Assembly: GCA_036867785.1 (NCBI GenBank)
Contig: CP145419.1
Coordinates: forward strand, 434,001 to 498,000
Reading direction: 5' to 3'
Origin: Plasmodiophora brassicae
Lineage: Eukaryota
Length of the DNA: 64,000 bases
Within the stretch, counting starts at the first letter, position 1. Each line of letters opens with the position of its first letter. This document shows positions 33,220 through 45,230 of the stretch, piece after piece. The translations under genes and the position numbers were made by a program. The notes under the pieces are model-generated. The model did not search any database and was not told the origin of the DNA. It worked only from the letters and a program-made list of their open reading frames with translations.

Positions 33220-34181
33220 TTACTTGTTAAGCGCAACCGGCTGGAACCGCAGGAGGCAGCAATCGGAAACAAGTGGAAGGGCCCGGAGCAAGTCCTGCAC
33301 AGCGTCCGGGGTCGACGTGCGCTGGTCGATCGTGCACGTGCATCGGACGACGCCGGGCGACTTGACGCGAACGGAATCCCAGCGCACGCCCTCGCTGCGA
33401 CCGACCGCGCCAATTTGCCCCACGATGACAGCGGTATCCCCTCCAGGCGCGGCGGTCACGTCGTAGAGAGCGCTGCAGACATCGTTGTCTTCGCCATCCA
33501 GGCGCCGCTGCGCCCTCTTCGGCAGTGCCAGCGTCGATGCCGGCAGCGCCCGGGCCTGCACCTCGTAGGCCATGAGCTGACGAAGGAAGCCGGCATTCGG
33601 GCGGATGACTACACAAGAGCGGATCAGGTTTGGAGTCGACGACCGAGGAGGGGCGGGCGCACCGACTTGGTCGGCGTTCCCGAACGAAACCCAGCGCGTC
33701 CTTCAGCGACAGGTCCGGCGAGGACATCAGCAGGTAGGCGATGCAGATCGTCGGGGCACGCGACACGCCAGACACGCAGTGGACGAGGACGGCCACGTTC
33801 CGTTGGCGGGCCTGCTGTATGGCGTTGAACGTCGATTCGAAGTGCGGCGTGATAATCTGCCGAACGGAGTCATGCCTAACCGCGGGAGGACGTCAGATCA
33901 GGATGGCGAGGGCGCCCTCGCGAACGCGCTGACAGTTCGAGATTCATAGTCGGGACCGTCCGCCCCTCCTCCGGTTTGCATTCCTTGGCACAGTTTCTGC
34001 ACAGACGCCGGTTAGGAACGCCTGGAGCACAGGCGCGCGCGCGCCGCGCCTCGTACATGATCAGCCCGATGCCGTAGTGCTTCAGCGCCGTGCCCTGCCT
34101 GGCGTCATGCTTCCCGCCCAGGTACAAGGCGCCAGGGACGATCTCGCTGGCGCGCCACAGCAGCGACGGGTCGACGACCAT
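33220..34181 (-). CDS. Dual-specificity protein phosphatase with a C-terminal EF1B-GEF-like domain (multi-exon)
   Basis: SEIVPGALYLGG, catalytic VHCVSGVSRA (HCxxGxSR), AYLL and IRPNAGFLRQL, followed by ~80 aa resembling the EF1-beta C-terminal domain. Confidence 0.88.
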
Positions 34182-34588
34182 CGGTCCGGTTCCCGGCGTC
34201 GTTCACCGATTCGGATTACTGACACGTCGTTGGAGCCCGCGTCGCCGGATACAACAACAGCACAGCTGCCTCTTTCGTTTTTGGCAGCCGGGCCGGCCCT
34301 CGGCAGCCGCCAGTGCCACGCCGGGACGCGCCCGCGTCGTATGTGGACGGCGGCTCTCTATCCAGGAAGTAACCTCGGATCGGCGTTAGGTCGGTAGGTA
34401 CTGCCGCGGTCGTACGGTGGAGCGAGCCAGCGCGCCCCAAGGCGGGCAGTTGGGTCGGACTCGTCGGCTGTTCGAAGGAGGTCCGTGGGCAAGCGCGCCC
34501 GACCACTAAAAATAGGACTGGGCTGGGCGCAGGTTCTGCGCGGTTTCCTCCGTGGCGGTGCGCCCGCGACACCTGGGACGGCTTCGTC

Positions 34589-34990
34589 ATGTCGTCTGCC
34601 GCTGGTCGCATCCTGGCGACTGGTCTCCCCTACTTCAACTTGTATGTGCCTCGCAGTGCGTCGCCGCGCCTCGTCTGACCTCTGGCGCCCCGCGCAGTGC
34701 CATCGGATCGTTTGCCCTGTCCTTCCAGATTGGTGCGGCCGTCGCTGCTGTCCGCCGGCCGGGCTGTGATCTCACCAGCTGTTGTAGGTGTCCTTTATCC
34801 ATGGCATTGCCAGTTGGACAGAGATTTCCTCGAGATGCGCAGGAACATCGATGTCAAGTTGGCTGACTACCATCGAATGAAGTTGGAGAAGCTGGACACG
34901 CTGCAGTCTATTCTGGCTAATCAGGCGGCGCCTGCGACATCGTCGTCGCAGGCGTTGGCAACTTCGGACCTGCCTGTGTCGTCTCCATAG
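34589..34990 (+). CDS. Small conserved single-TM protein (three exons)
   Basis: The spliced product reads MSSAAGRILATGLPYFNFAIGSFALSFQIGVLYPWHCQLDRDFLEMRR...YHRMK. It resembles a small uncharacterised fungal/protist family with an 'ALxFQxxVLYPWH' motif (from recall). Confidence 0.65.
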
Positions 34991-35365
34991 ATGCGCCCGT
35001 ATCTTCAGTTCTGCACCACAGTCCAACCGACGGCATCAGATCATGAATTCGCATTGTCCCGACCGCTAAATACAGGCTGGGTTTGGTTTGGGGGACAGTC
35101 GCCTGCTGGACCTGTGCAACGTAGCCTCTCAGCTGCCTGCAGTGACGAATCTGCCTTGCAATGAGCCGCTCTGATCGGCCCTGCTGTGGTAGACGATCAT
35201 GTGAAATTTAGCCCTGCAGAGCCTGCCCACTTGAACGGCCATTCTGACAAACCGCTCTCTGTGGCCGTAGGCCCAACTAATGTTAGCGACGTTATAGGAC
35301 TGCTTATCATCGTGGGCAACCCTCCCTGGCAACACCATCACAAAGGCAAACCGGTGGTCACCGGT

Positions 35366-36531
35366 TCATTGAGAGTCGGTTGGTAAATAGTACAGGTCAG
35401 GGCCGTTCTCGCAGAGGTTCCCGAGGTGGACGAGGCGACGCAGGTGCTGCTGGAGGACGAGCCTGGCAGCAGATTGTAGCTGGCCGGACGTTTCACCATA
35501 GATGATCCGCTGGATATCGTCGCAGGACAAGGCGCCATTGCCTGATAGGGAGTCCAGTATTTGGCGATCCCTGGCCAGTCTCTACGCACCGATCAGGGAC
35601 GTAAGGAGGCGCAGGTAATTACCGATGGTCCCTACGTGCTCGATGTAATGCTGGATCTTAACGCGAGGGTTGTGCACGATTGACCCATGTCCTGGACAGA
35701 TTACCTGGAACGCCGGTTCACGAGCGGCTAGCGCCATCAGGGACTCCATGTATCTTCTCACAATAATACCTCAGCGTTAACGGATTTCCAATCGTACACG
35801 TTCGCCACCTGGTCAGGTCGTCGAACACCGCAGTCGAATCACCACCGAGGATACAGTCGCCCGAGAACAGAATATCGCCCGGCGTTAGGGCGAAGCACAT
35901 GTGATCCGACGTATGGCCAGGAGCGTAGATGCACGATAACCGGTACCGTCCACACGTACTTTCAATCACCTTTCGCCGGGAGCAGCGGTGCCTCAGTCGG
36001 GAGAATGGTACCGAAATGGAATGGACTTTACCTGGCCATCGCATAGACGATCGATATCGTCAATGGGCAACTGCTCAGTCTTGTCGGCGAGGTGTTTCAG
36101 GACAGGAGTATTGTTCCCGAACCTGATGCAGACGGTTACCACGTAGGCGTCGCTCATGTCGTCCGCGGAAACAGGTTACACGTCGCGGACGAGGCGTACG
36201 GCCCCAATGTGGTCGTGGTGGCGATGCGTGATCAGGACGCACTGCACCCTCTGTATGCCGAGTCGGTCGCGCGCCCCGACCAGCGCGTCCCTGTACCCGT
36301 CGCACTCTGCAGACACGTCCTCTCAATGGGGGGCTTCGACCGTCGACCCATCACGCCGGGGCACGATTCGTCCGCACCCTGCCCAGCGTCGACCATGATT
36401 CTCGTCGGGCCTTCGCTGACAAAGTACACGTTCGTGCCCTGCAGTGTCATCGGCCCGGGATTCGGGCAGACGATGCGCACGACGCCCTCGGCAACGACGT
36501 CGTCGGCCAGGGCCGCCGCACGACGAGCCAT
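35366..36531 (-). CDS. LACTB2: Metallo-beta-lactamase-fold endoribonuclease, LACTB2-like (multi-exon)
   Basis: [22 protein letters not shown] (HxHxDH), [20 protein letters not shown] and a C-terminal winged-helix-like exon. Confidence 0.88.
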
Positions 36532-36591
36532 CGACCTGCGCAGTTCGACACCGCTGAAGACAGGCCACGCCAAAGTGTACCGCGTTGTTCT

Positions 36592-38016
36592 TTATGACGC
36601 CTTGGCTTCGGCCAGAAGGTGCTGGATGCGGTCGCGGACGGCGCTGGCGAATCGGTTCGGGTCCGCGTCGTCCTGGTCGACATCGGGGGTCCTGAACGCC
36701 AGCGTCAGGCGGCCGGCCGCGGTGACGGCCATGCACTGCCGGAGGTTGATGGGCGGCGTGTGAAGTACCGGGACGACTTCGTCGACGACCCGGGATCCGT
36801 ATCGGGGCTGGATCGGGACGACCCCGAGATTGGACAGGAACCCCATTGGCGCCTGATTCGTGTCCGGGCGCGTACGCGCGCCGACCACCGTGACGCCCAT
36901 GCTGGCCAGGCGTGCCATTGCGAACACGGTCCCGTCCGACAGCTGGCAGTGTATTGCCTCCCGGCACTGACGGGCCACCTGCCAAGGGTCGTCGCTCCGC
37001 TCGACCCGGATCCGCGTCGTCTGGACGTGGAATGACACGCGATCGGCAGGGATGCGCCCCGTCGGGTAACGACCTCGTAGATCCACTGGGCACAAACAGG
37101 ACGCTGGCCATGTGGCGCTTGACGGCAACTGCTCCATTACCTGCCGCGCCGAACACGTCATCAGTCGGATCTGTGTTCCGATAGGCAACCACACAGTGTC
37201 TACCAGGGCCATCAGGAGTGTTGTCATGGTGACGCCGTTGGCGCGCGCCAGTTGCACACGCGACTCGGTTTCCGATTGCGCCAGGGTCACAGTGGACCAT
37301 CTTGCCGATGATTCGGTGAAGTCGACGTTATCGGGCGGACGTAATGGCGTCGACTTCCAGCGAAGAAAGGCAAGGACGGGGTTGGCCAATCCCAAACCGC
37401 AGGCGAGCTTGAGGTAGGTGGACCAAGGGAGGTTCTGGGTCCACGAAGCCATCGCTTGCTCGATGAACGGAGGTACTGGCGTCGGCGTCGTGGACGGAGG
37501 CGCTTGCTCTGTGAGATGGCACAGGAGTTCGTGCATGAGGTGCGACAGGGATCTCCCATCGCCGACGGCATGCTCGGCGGTCAGCATCAACTCGAACGTA
37601 CAATTGCTGCCTTGTGACCCTGGGGCGACCAACGTTAGGCTCCACAGTGGCGACCCGATCTGATAGGCGCCCATGCTGTCCCAAACGTCTTGCCACGAGT
37701 CATCGTGTGCGAGCACGTGTCGGCCGCATCTGACTGGAAGTGTCTCCTTTACGACGAATTCGTCGTCGGCGTTCATGGTTGCTCGCAGCAACGGATGGCG
37801 TTGCTGTACGATCGTGACGGCGTTCGCCAGCATTTGATCTGTGAACATCTCCCCAATGATCCGCACAACGATGCCGACCCGTAAGGCTCCATGACGCTCC
37901 CGGGAGAACGTCATCATCCCGAGCTCTAGTGGGGGAATAGGGAGCGTTGTCACGTTTGCTGCCGGAGCAGACGTCGCCGTCGGAACCACTTTGTCGAACG
38001 ATAACCCGAACACCAT
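36592..38016 (-). CDS. CoA-dependent acyltransferase (condensation-domain/alcohol acetyltransferase/PapA5-like)
   Basis: QQRHPLLRA, catalytic EHAVGDGRS (HxxxDG), PVDLR and LSNLG. A probable in-frame 54-nt intron lies near 37140-37200. Confidence 0.82.
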   Translation of the reverse strand: MVFGLSFDKVVPTATSAPAANVTTLPIPPLELGMMTFSRERHGALRVGIVVRIIGEMFTDQMLANAVTIVQQRHPLLRATMNADDEFVVKETLPVRCGRHVLAHDDSWQDVWDSMGAYQIGSPLWSLTLVAPGSQGSNCTFELMLTAEHAVGDGRSLSHLMHELLCHLTEQAPPSTTPTPVPPFIEQAMASWTQNLPWSTYLKLACGLGLANPVLAFLRWKSTPLRPPDNVDFTESSARWSTVTLAQSETESRVQLARANGVTMTTLLMALVDTVWLPIGTQIRLMTCSARQVMEQLPSSATWPASCLCPVDLRGRYPTGRIPADRVSFHVQTTRIRVERSDDPWQVARQCREAIHCQLSDGTVFAMARLASMGVTVVGARTRPDTNQAPMGFLSNLGVVPIQPRYGSRVVDEVVPVLHTPPINLRQCMAVTAAGRLTLAFRTPDVDQDDADPNRFASAVRDRIQHLLAEAKAS

Positions 38017-39250
38017 AACTCGCCGGCGCCCGTTTGACTGATTGGAACTGTCACAAGACCTGCAGGTACTGCAACCGAGGACGTCCGACGCAGGCAATAG
38101 CTGTTGAGCAACGAATTGGTCCACTGATTACAGGCAATGGCAAGCGTACGCACGCCTCCGATGATGTCAAAGTCATCATGTCAAACACATCATGCCGATC
38201 AAGTCAATTTAATCGCAGTATTGCACGGGTTGAGAGATTTCTGGCTCTCTTGCAAACCCTGGTAGTCTCCACTGGACCTCCCTGGTATCCTCGATGCCAG
38301 CACCTCCCCCGATTAGGCATCATCTCGCTTACTCGCTCTGTGGTTCGTTTCATGACCTGCTTACGCCTGCCTGGCGGGATCCAGCTTGCCCATAGCCTGG
38401 CACAGCCGTCCTTCTCGAACCTATTTGTTACTCTGATGATCGTAATGACCAAAACCGACGACGATCGGGAGCTCCACGACGTCACGGAGCAGATGAACGC
38501 GCTGCGAGGGGAGCGGTGAAGGCAACGTGGCCAACGAACAGCAGGGTGATCATCAACCGGAACTGCCGGGTTGCCGACAACAATGCCAATGCAGCGTAGC
38601 CCAAGGTCGACACGGCGGCCGAGGCACCTGAAGTAAGGGTTTGCGAGGCAAAGCGCATCCATCGTTGGCTCCATACCCAGAAGCGACATACCAACTACCG
38701 GACCTGATTGGGCATACCTCGCAGTCGGGTACCGCTCAGGGAGACGCTCCAGCGGCATTTCCTTCAGCGCTGTGGAACATCAGCGGACACTGGAAGTCGT
38801 TCCTGACGGTGTCGTGATTCACAGGCTACGGCAGTGGCAGATGGCCCAGATGCCGTCCGAGAGCGGGACGCACTGGAACGTCTTCAGCAGGCGACACGAA
38901 GCGGTGCATCGGGGCGCGACCTCACAGGAGCAACGCATCACGTTCCGCTAATCTGCCGATCGCGGACGCGCTCTGCAATTCAAAGTTCGACACGGCCGCG
39001 ATCGTTGGGTGGGACAGGAACGGGGTCCTCCGCAGCGGCGACCGTTGCCGCGTGCAATTTGGGCTCACCTTTTCATCGGATCGGCGTTTCGACGGGCCCT
39101 ATTTCGAGAAAACGGGTCCTGAACATTAGGGCAACGAGCCGACGACGCGGCAGGCTGAGGGCAGCAGCGATTCCGTCCCGGGCCGCAAGATGCGGTTCGG
39201 CATTTGCGGAAGGCGTCGTTGTCGTTCAGGTCGACAACTGGTGCAACAAC

Positions 39251-39694
39251 ATGGGGATCGCGGCGGTGGTTGTCGTCCCAATCGTGGTCGTATCCGTCGC
39301 ATCGTGCATGGGCGCAAACGACATGGTCATGAATGTCCTCGGGTCCGTCGTCTCGCGTCGTACGTCGCCTGCTCAGCTGCGGCGAATCGCTGGCATGATG
39401 GAGGGCATGCAGCCTCACGAGCTTCCTGCAATGGCACCTCCCAGCCAGTCCAGGCGGCGGCGCACGTTCTCTGTTGCTTGGTATGCCGATATTGATCCTG
39501 CGACGGCAAAGGGCGTCGCCGACAATGCTGCCGAACGCGAAACAACCAGGCTACAGGGCTCCCCTCCGCGACAACCTGCTAGAAGCGCATCGCTTGCTCA
39601 GGACGGCCGCACCAGTCCGCGATATGCCTGGCGTCTCCCGCTTCATTACCCAGGATCCAGTGGCAACAACCTGACGATATCTCATTGCCGATGA
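39251..39694 (+). CDS. Small putative secreted protein (147 aa)
   Basis: Hydrophobic leader MGIAAVVVVPIVVVSVASCMG; no recognisable domain. Confidence 0.45.
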   Translation: MGIAAVVVVPIVVVSVASCMGANDMVMNVLGSVVSRRTSPAQLRRIAGMMEGMQPHELPAMAPPSQSRRRRTFSVAWYADIDPATAKGVADNAAERETTRLQGSPPRQPARSASLAQDGRTSPRYAWRLPLHYPGSSGNNLTISHCR

Positions 39695-39713
39695 ATACGC
39701 GGTCTATGGACAT

Positions 39714-39731
39714 ACACACACACACACACAC
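39714..39731. repeat. (AC)n microsatellite
   Basis: About 9 AC units. Confidence 0.9.
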
Positions 39732-39988
39732 CTCGCGTTGGCACCGTTTAGTGATAATTACCATAAACCTCACTTCAATGCGTTGCATGGAGGAATCGTC
39801 ATCGAGCAACAGTACGTACAACGGGATAGGTCGCGACGCGCTCGCTTGATAAAGCCCCGAGCTACCTAGCCAGAGACTGGGCGGATAGGCTTGCGCTGCT
39901 GGATAAACGAAGATATGCATGGTGTTTTAGGTCAGACAGTAATAATGCTCGACATTAATTAAACATGGGACGATGACGTGATCAGTGT

Positions 39989-40613
39989 TCACGGCGCTAG
40001 TGCGACCTGCGGCGACCCGGTGTTGTCAGCGCCTGCTGCTGCGTTCGCTGCGTCCTCCTCGTTCTCGGCAACCACTTCAGTCTTCCTGTAGTAGATGCTC
40101 TGGACTGGGCATAACGAATCCCCATACGAAGGCACCTTGCACCGAACTTCGACCTGAATCGGGGCCCGCTCGTCATTCCAGGCCTATATTGCATGTCAGG
40201 CGGTGCCAATACAAGGAATGAGTCCCGTCAACCTTGATCGGGCATACGCCGTCGCCACCGACAGCGCGCCCACGGAACGTTGCTTCAACACTCGTGAACC
40301 CAACAACGCCCCACGTGTCCGCCTTGACGATCAGTCCAGGCTTGCCGTCTTCGGCCCTTGGGATCTCAATACGTTGCACCTCATCGTCCTCATCACTCTG
40401 ACGGCGGCTCTCGATCTCGAACGCCACGCCGCTCGGAAGCGTCACGCGAACCGCCTGCCCGACACCGATGTCGTCCGGCGTCAGCAGGTCGACAGCAACG
40501 ACCTCGATGTGGTCCGTCGGCTTCATCCGAAGCTGGTACACGAATTCCGGAGCCCATTTCATACCGAACCCAGGGACCACATCGCCGAGACGCAACTGCA
40601 CGACTGGATCCAT
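39989..40613 (-). CDS. Hypothetical protein (two exons)
   Basis: ATG at 40613 (MDPVVQLRLGDVVPG...). A GTATGC...ATAG intron joins in frame to AWNDERAPIQVEVRCK...ALAP*. Confidence 0.55.
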
Positions 40614-40810
40614 CGGGCAACGCGCGAGCGCCCTCACTCCAACCTGATCTGAATGACGCTGGGCTCGCGAGCCACTGGCGCACACACGGGACAACTGCGC
40701 GACTGCACCTGCGGTGGAGGTGACGCATGCGGCCGGCCCAGCGACCATCTATGATTCGGCTTCAACACACTGGATAGTACATTTTAGACAATGGGACGGC
40801 CCGATGATGG

Positions 40811-42567
40811 TCAGGCTATTCTGGCCCGTTTCGGGGTGACGTTGTCGCTCGATGCGATGCCCGGCGGCAGGAGCAGGGAGATTGGACGCGCCTTCTTGGT
40901 CGCCCCGATCATCCAGGGGTGTTTCCTGACTTGGTCGCTGGTGAACCGCTTCCTGGGGTCTACTTGAAGGAGGGATTTCACGAGGTCGATGGCTGAATTG
41001 GCGTTAAAACCCAGGCACGGATGTGATGATATTGCCACGTACCTTCAGCTGACACGCCGTCCCAGGCCTCGCCTGGGAACGAATAATCGCCAGATTTGAT
41101 CTGATCGAAAACAGGTGTGTTCCTCCCTTCATAGAACGGTGCCGTCCCCGACAGAATCACGTAGAGGATGACGCCCAGCGACCACATGTCCTGAGCAAGA
41201 TTCAGACTCGACAACGTGCAGCAGGACAATTCACACATACCACAGCCTTCCCGTAGCCGACTACTTCGGCAGGCGTCAAACCGCTGGCAGGAATTGCCTG
41301 AGCTGTGATGATCTCAGGAGCCAGGTAATTGGCTGTCCCACTACGGGCGGCAGGGGTTCAGTGCTGAACCTAGGGCCAATGCAGATGACAACGTACCACA
41401 AGGTTTGCGCTAGGCCAGATTCGCCGACTATTCTGGACAGTCCGAAATCGCTGATCTTGATGTTCAGGGCGCCAGGAGAACGGAGAAGGACGTTTTCGGG
41501 TTTGAGATCACGATGGACAATCCCTTGTTCGTGCATGTAAGATACTGCCCCAACCATCTGCGTAAAGATGACGCGAGCATCGTCTTCGGGATAGCGCCCG
41601 ATCTTGATGATCTCGTCAAACAGTTCTCCGCCGGTGACGAGCTCGAGAACGAGGTATAAGTATGCGTTCGTCTCGTACGCATCGACAAGCTTGATGATAT
41701 GCGGGTGGGACAGTCGGGACAGGATATGAACTTCGGCCAGAAGTGCGTTCGTACGGGTTGGACCACTGACGGCAAACTTCTTCTTGTCAATGATCTTCAA
41801 CGCGAATTCGTTTCCAGTCGCTCTGTGTATGCAGCGGTACACGACCGCATACGCCCCTTGCCCCAACAGCTCTTTCTGTTCGTAGTGCGCGAACGGGCTA
41901 TTGGTTTCCTGTCGTTCGCACTCACCGATGGTAGCGCGGGCATGCAAACTCGCGACAGTACCTGTAGCTGTCGGTGCCGTTGCTTTTCGTCTTCCTTGAA
42001 GAAAACGTGAAACGATATACGAGGCCGGGTGCCATCTTTGTTAGGTGGTATCAGCGTCACTTCCGATCCCTGCCGCACGTGATTCAGGTTGCAGCGACCT
42101 CACACGAGACCTGGATCCGACATGAGTGACCACAACACGTTTGCCTTTGCCGATCTTGAGGTCGTCCACGAATGTACCGTTCGTGCTGGGAGCGCAGCTA
42201 ATGATTAGAACGTGTCGAATTTACGTGAACGTTTGCAAACTGCACCTCGTGTCTTCTATGAAGACAAGATTCTGCCCCGTGCTCGGATTCATCTCCCGTG
42301 CAATTCGAAAATGAGCCCCTCTGAATTGGAGACGTCAAACGTCCAGAGCGAACACACCAGGCCCTGTATCTAGACGTACGATACGGCAGGGTTATCGATT
42401 CGTACATCGCAGTTCGGATGCCTGCCGAACGAGATCGGGTTGCCGATCAGGGCGCAGTGCGAAAACAACGGGTTCGTGGACACGGCCCGTCCCCACCCCT
42501 CGTAGGAGTCCTCGTCGCAGGCCGGATCATCACCCCATGCGCCATCCTGGGTCTGCGTCCCTGCCAT
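40811..42567 (-). CDS. FHA-domain Ser/Thr kinase, CHK2/Rad53/Cds1-like (multi-exon)
   Basis: N-terminal TQTQ; FHA motifs FGRHPNCD, S..H and STNGTFV; kinase motifs LGQGAYAVV, HRDLKPEN, DFG and DMWSLGVILY. Confidence 0.9.
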
Positions 42568-43039
42568 TCGCGGACGATGGGCACCGCTGGGCGCCTTGCC
42601 CCCCGGGAAAACGTTTGACCGCGTTTTTGCGAGCGCTCTGCTCCCCTCGGCGGGCGCTCGCCGAATTCGGTGGGCCCCGCACGACGAACCGCGCTGCATC
42701 ATTGTGATCCGCGCGACCGCCCCAGAGCCGGTCTCTGCCATGGTCGAACACATGGCACGGCGAACGCGGACTCGCAAACGAGGCAGCAGGTGCCGGACGG
42801 GGCAACTGCCTACGCGCTTCCCGCAGACATTGGGGAACACCTGCAGCCGTACGGCTCACTGTGTGGACTTCAATGGTGGCGGGCACGGCCCCCACTGCGA
42901 TGCACGGGCGTCACAATCGGGTTCGTCGAACACGGAAACAGGTCCAGGCGTCCAGGTCGGGTTCTCACCGGGCGGCGACTGTTTTTTTAAGCAGTAAATA
43001 CCCTCGCTTTGTTTTGCGAACTTCCGGACCACGGTCTGG

Positions 43040-44210
43040 ATGTCATTTGTCGCCAGGACCGGCGTCCCCGCGATGCTGTGCTTGGGCCTCGTCCTGCTGG
43101 TGGCCGTCGCCAGTGGCCAACAGAAGGTGGACTGTGGTGCTCCGTTGATGGCGTGCGTGCTTATCGTGTGTGTGTGTGTTGCAGTCGGCGGATGAGAAGC
43201 TGGAGTGGATGCGGACGTCAGCGGCGGCGGCGTCGCATCGATTGATCCGGATGGGCAACGATGAGTTCCGGGACTATGTGCTTCGTGGGCCACGAAATTA
43301 CAACGTTGCGGTTCTGTTCACGGCCAAGGATCCCCGGTTCGCATGCAAGGCCTGCACGTAATCGTCGCCAGCAATCGCGACATGTGCCCTCGTCTGTTGA
43401 CACCGCTGCGTCGATAGGGGCATCGGCAAGGACATTCCTTTAGTGTCGGAAGCCGTATACGAAGCGTCGCAGCACGCTGGTACGCCAACGTTCGTCGTGG
43501 AAATGGATTTCGATTACAAGGACGTCGGGCAAACGTTCAACGACCTGGGGATGACGTCGGCCCCGCTGCTGTTGTTCGTCCACCCGTACGCCAAGCAGAA
43601 CATGCCAAAGTCGTCGACGTTCGTAGCCAAAGCGTCGAACCTCGACAAGTTCGACTTCAACTCGAAGGGCTTCACCGGCGAAGCCGTCCTACGTTGGATC
43701 AACTCGCGCGCGGGCGACCTGAGCGCGTCGATCTCGCGCCCATTCGACTGGGCCGCGTTCGTCGAAAATGTCGGTGTGCCGGCCCTGTCTGGTGTCGTCG
43801 CGTTGGCCGTTCTGGGCCCGCTCTTCTGGCGTTTCCGGAAGAACACGTCCATCTACCTGCTGGCATCGTTTGCAATCTACCTGTTCTGTGTTTCCGGCGG
43901 TATGTACAACATCCTTAAGGAGACGCCCTGGGCACACTTCGACGACAGCGGAGAGATGTCGTACGTGCACGGGGGAAGTGGGTGGCAACTGACGTCGGAG
44001 TCGTACATTTGCGGTGGCGTTCAGCTCGCTATTGGCATTGTCGTTATCTTCCTGAGCACGAAGGCCGTCGAGGTGGAATCGCCTGGTAGCCGCCAGGTCA
44101 TGTCAGTGGCAGCGCTGATCACTGCTGTCTACCTCTGGGCCAAGATCCGCCATCTCGTCTCCTACAAGATGGGCGGATACAACGATGGATGGGTCTACAA
44201 GTGGGTCTGA
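43040..44210 (+). CDS. Oligosaccharyltransferase subunit OST3/OST6 (MAGT1/TUSC3-like)
   Basis: Signal peptide; thioredoxin-like GPRNYNVAVLFTA...CKAC; SGGMYNIL; QLTSESYI; four TM segments. Confidence 0.9.
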
Positions 44211-44280
44211 ACAATACAGTCAAAGGGTTCGGCCCGCTCTACATACGTCCGGATGGCGAACGTCACCGTCCCAGATAGGT

Positions 44281-45020
44281 TCAAGAGTCGGCGCCGACAG
44301 CGTCTTTATCGTCTGTTCCTCTGGGTGGATTGGACGCCTTCGGGTGCCAGCGGAGCGTCGAAAACCGCACCTCCGAGCCGTCGCATGACGCCAGCAGGAT
44401 CGCCTTGTTAACCGCGGTGCCCAGCCGGCAAACTGACGCACGAATCGTTAAGAGGCTCGTGCGGATTCGATCATACAATGCCCGGCACGTACTCGATATG
44501 ATGTCGAGGATCGGGATGGATTCGTGCCGATCGCGAACGATAACAATGTAGCTGTGTACGATGCGATCAGGCCTCGTCTATGACGCATGCCATGCGTGCA
44601 TACGACCTCGAATGGACCTGGTCCGGATGACGTTGATAGACTAGGAAGTCACCGGCGAACTTCAGTGCGGGCGTCAACCACCAGCCTCGTTGCCAGAGCG
44701 CTTCGAACACGCGTTGCCGAGCGTCACTGACGCCCACAGGCGGGCCTGTGATCGACAACCATCCCTCTCTGGCAGCCAGAACAGCCTCCTCGTCCATCAG
44801 CACGGCGGACACGGCCAAGTCCTCAGGCAACTTCGTCGGCCATCCTGTCGAGACGCTTCAGCCGCGCGTCGCCCAGACGCGCCCACGTCGTCGTACGAGA
44901 CAGGACGCTGGCGCCGAGGCGGCGACCCTGCAGCGCGCGGGCCCTGGCCTCGCCGCGAACGACCACCCCGTTGAGATGCACGCCTGGTACAACTGCGGCG
45001 GCGGCTTCTTCCGAGGACAT
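44281..45020 (-). CDS. SEN34: tRNA-splicing endonuclease catalytic subunit, SEN34-like (multi-exon)
   Basis: VFEALWQRGWWLTPALKFAGDFLVYQRHPDQVHS and RLGTAVNK contain the catalytic Y, H and K residues. Confidence 0.85.
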
Positions 45021-45230
45021 CGCTCAGCCCTCCCCGGATGCAACCGCGGATTTCAGCGCGACGCGACACGCGTGCCAGTCGGCGCAGGCTGCAGCTCGCA
45101 CTGGCCGCGAACTGCAACCACCGCTGCCTGCGGCGTTCTCGTACGTGGGCCATTCGAGGTGCCAAACGGCTCCGGCAGTGTAATCGGAAACGGAAACAGG
45201 GGACGGGGTAACGGACACTGTGCGCATCGG

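Noticed and set aside
38150-39200. Several overlapping ORFs (38204-38758, 38482-38694 and the 5' part of 38834-39694)
   Set aside because: I could not build a consistent gene model or find a recognisable motif; left unannotated.
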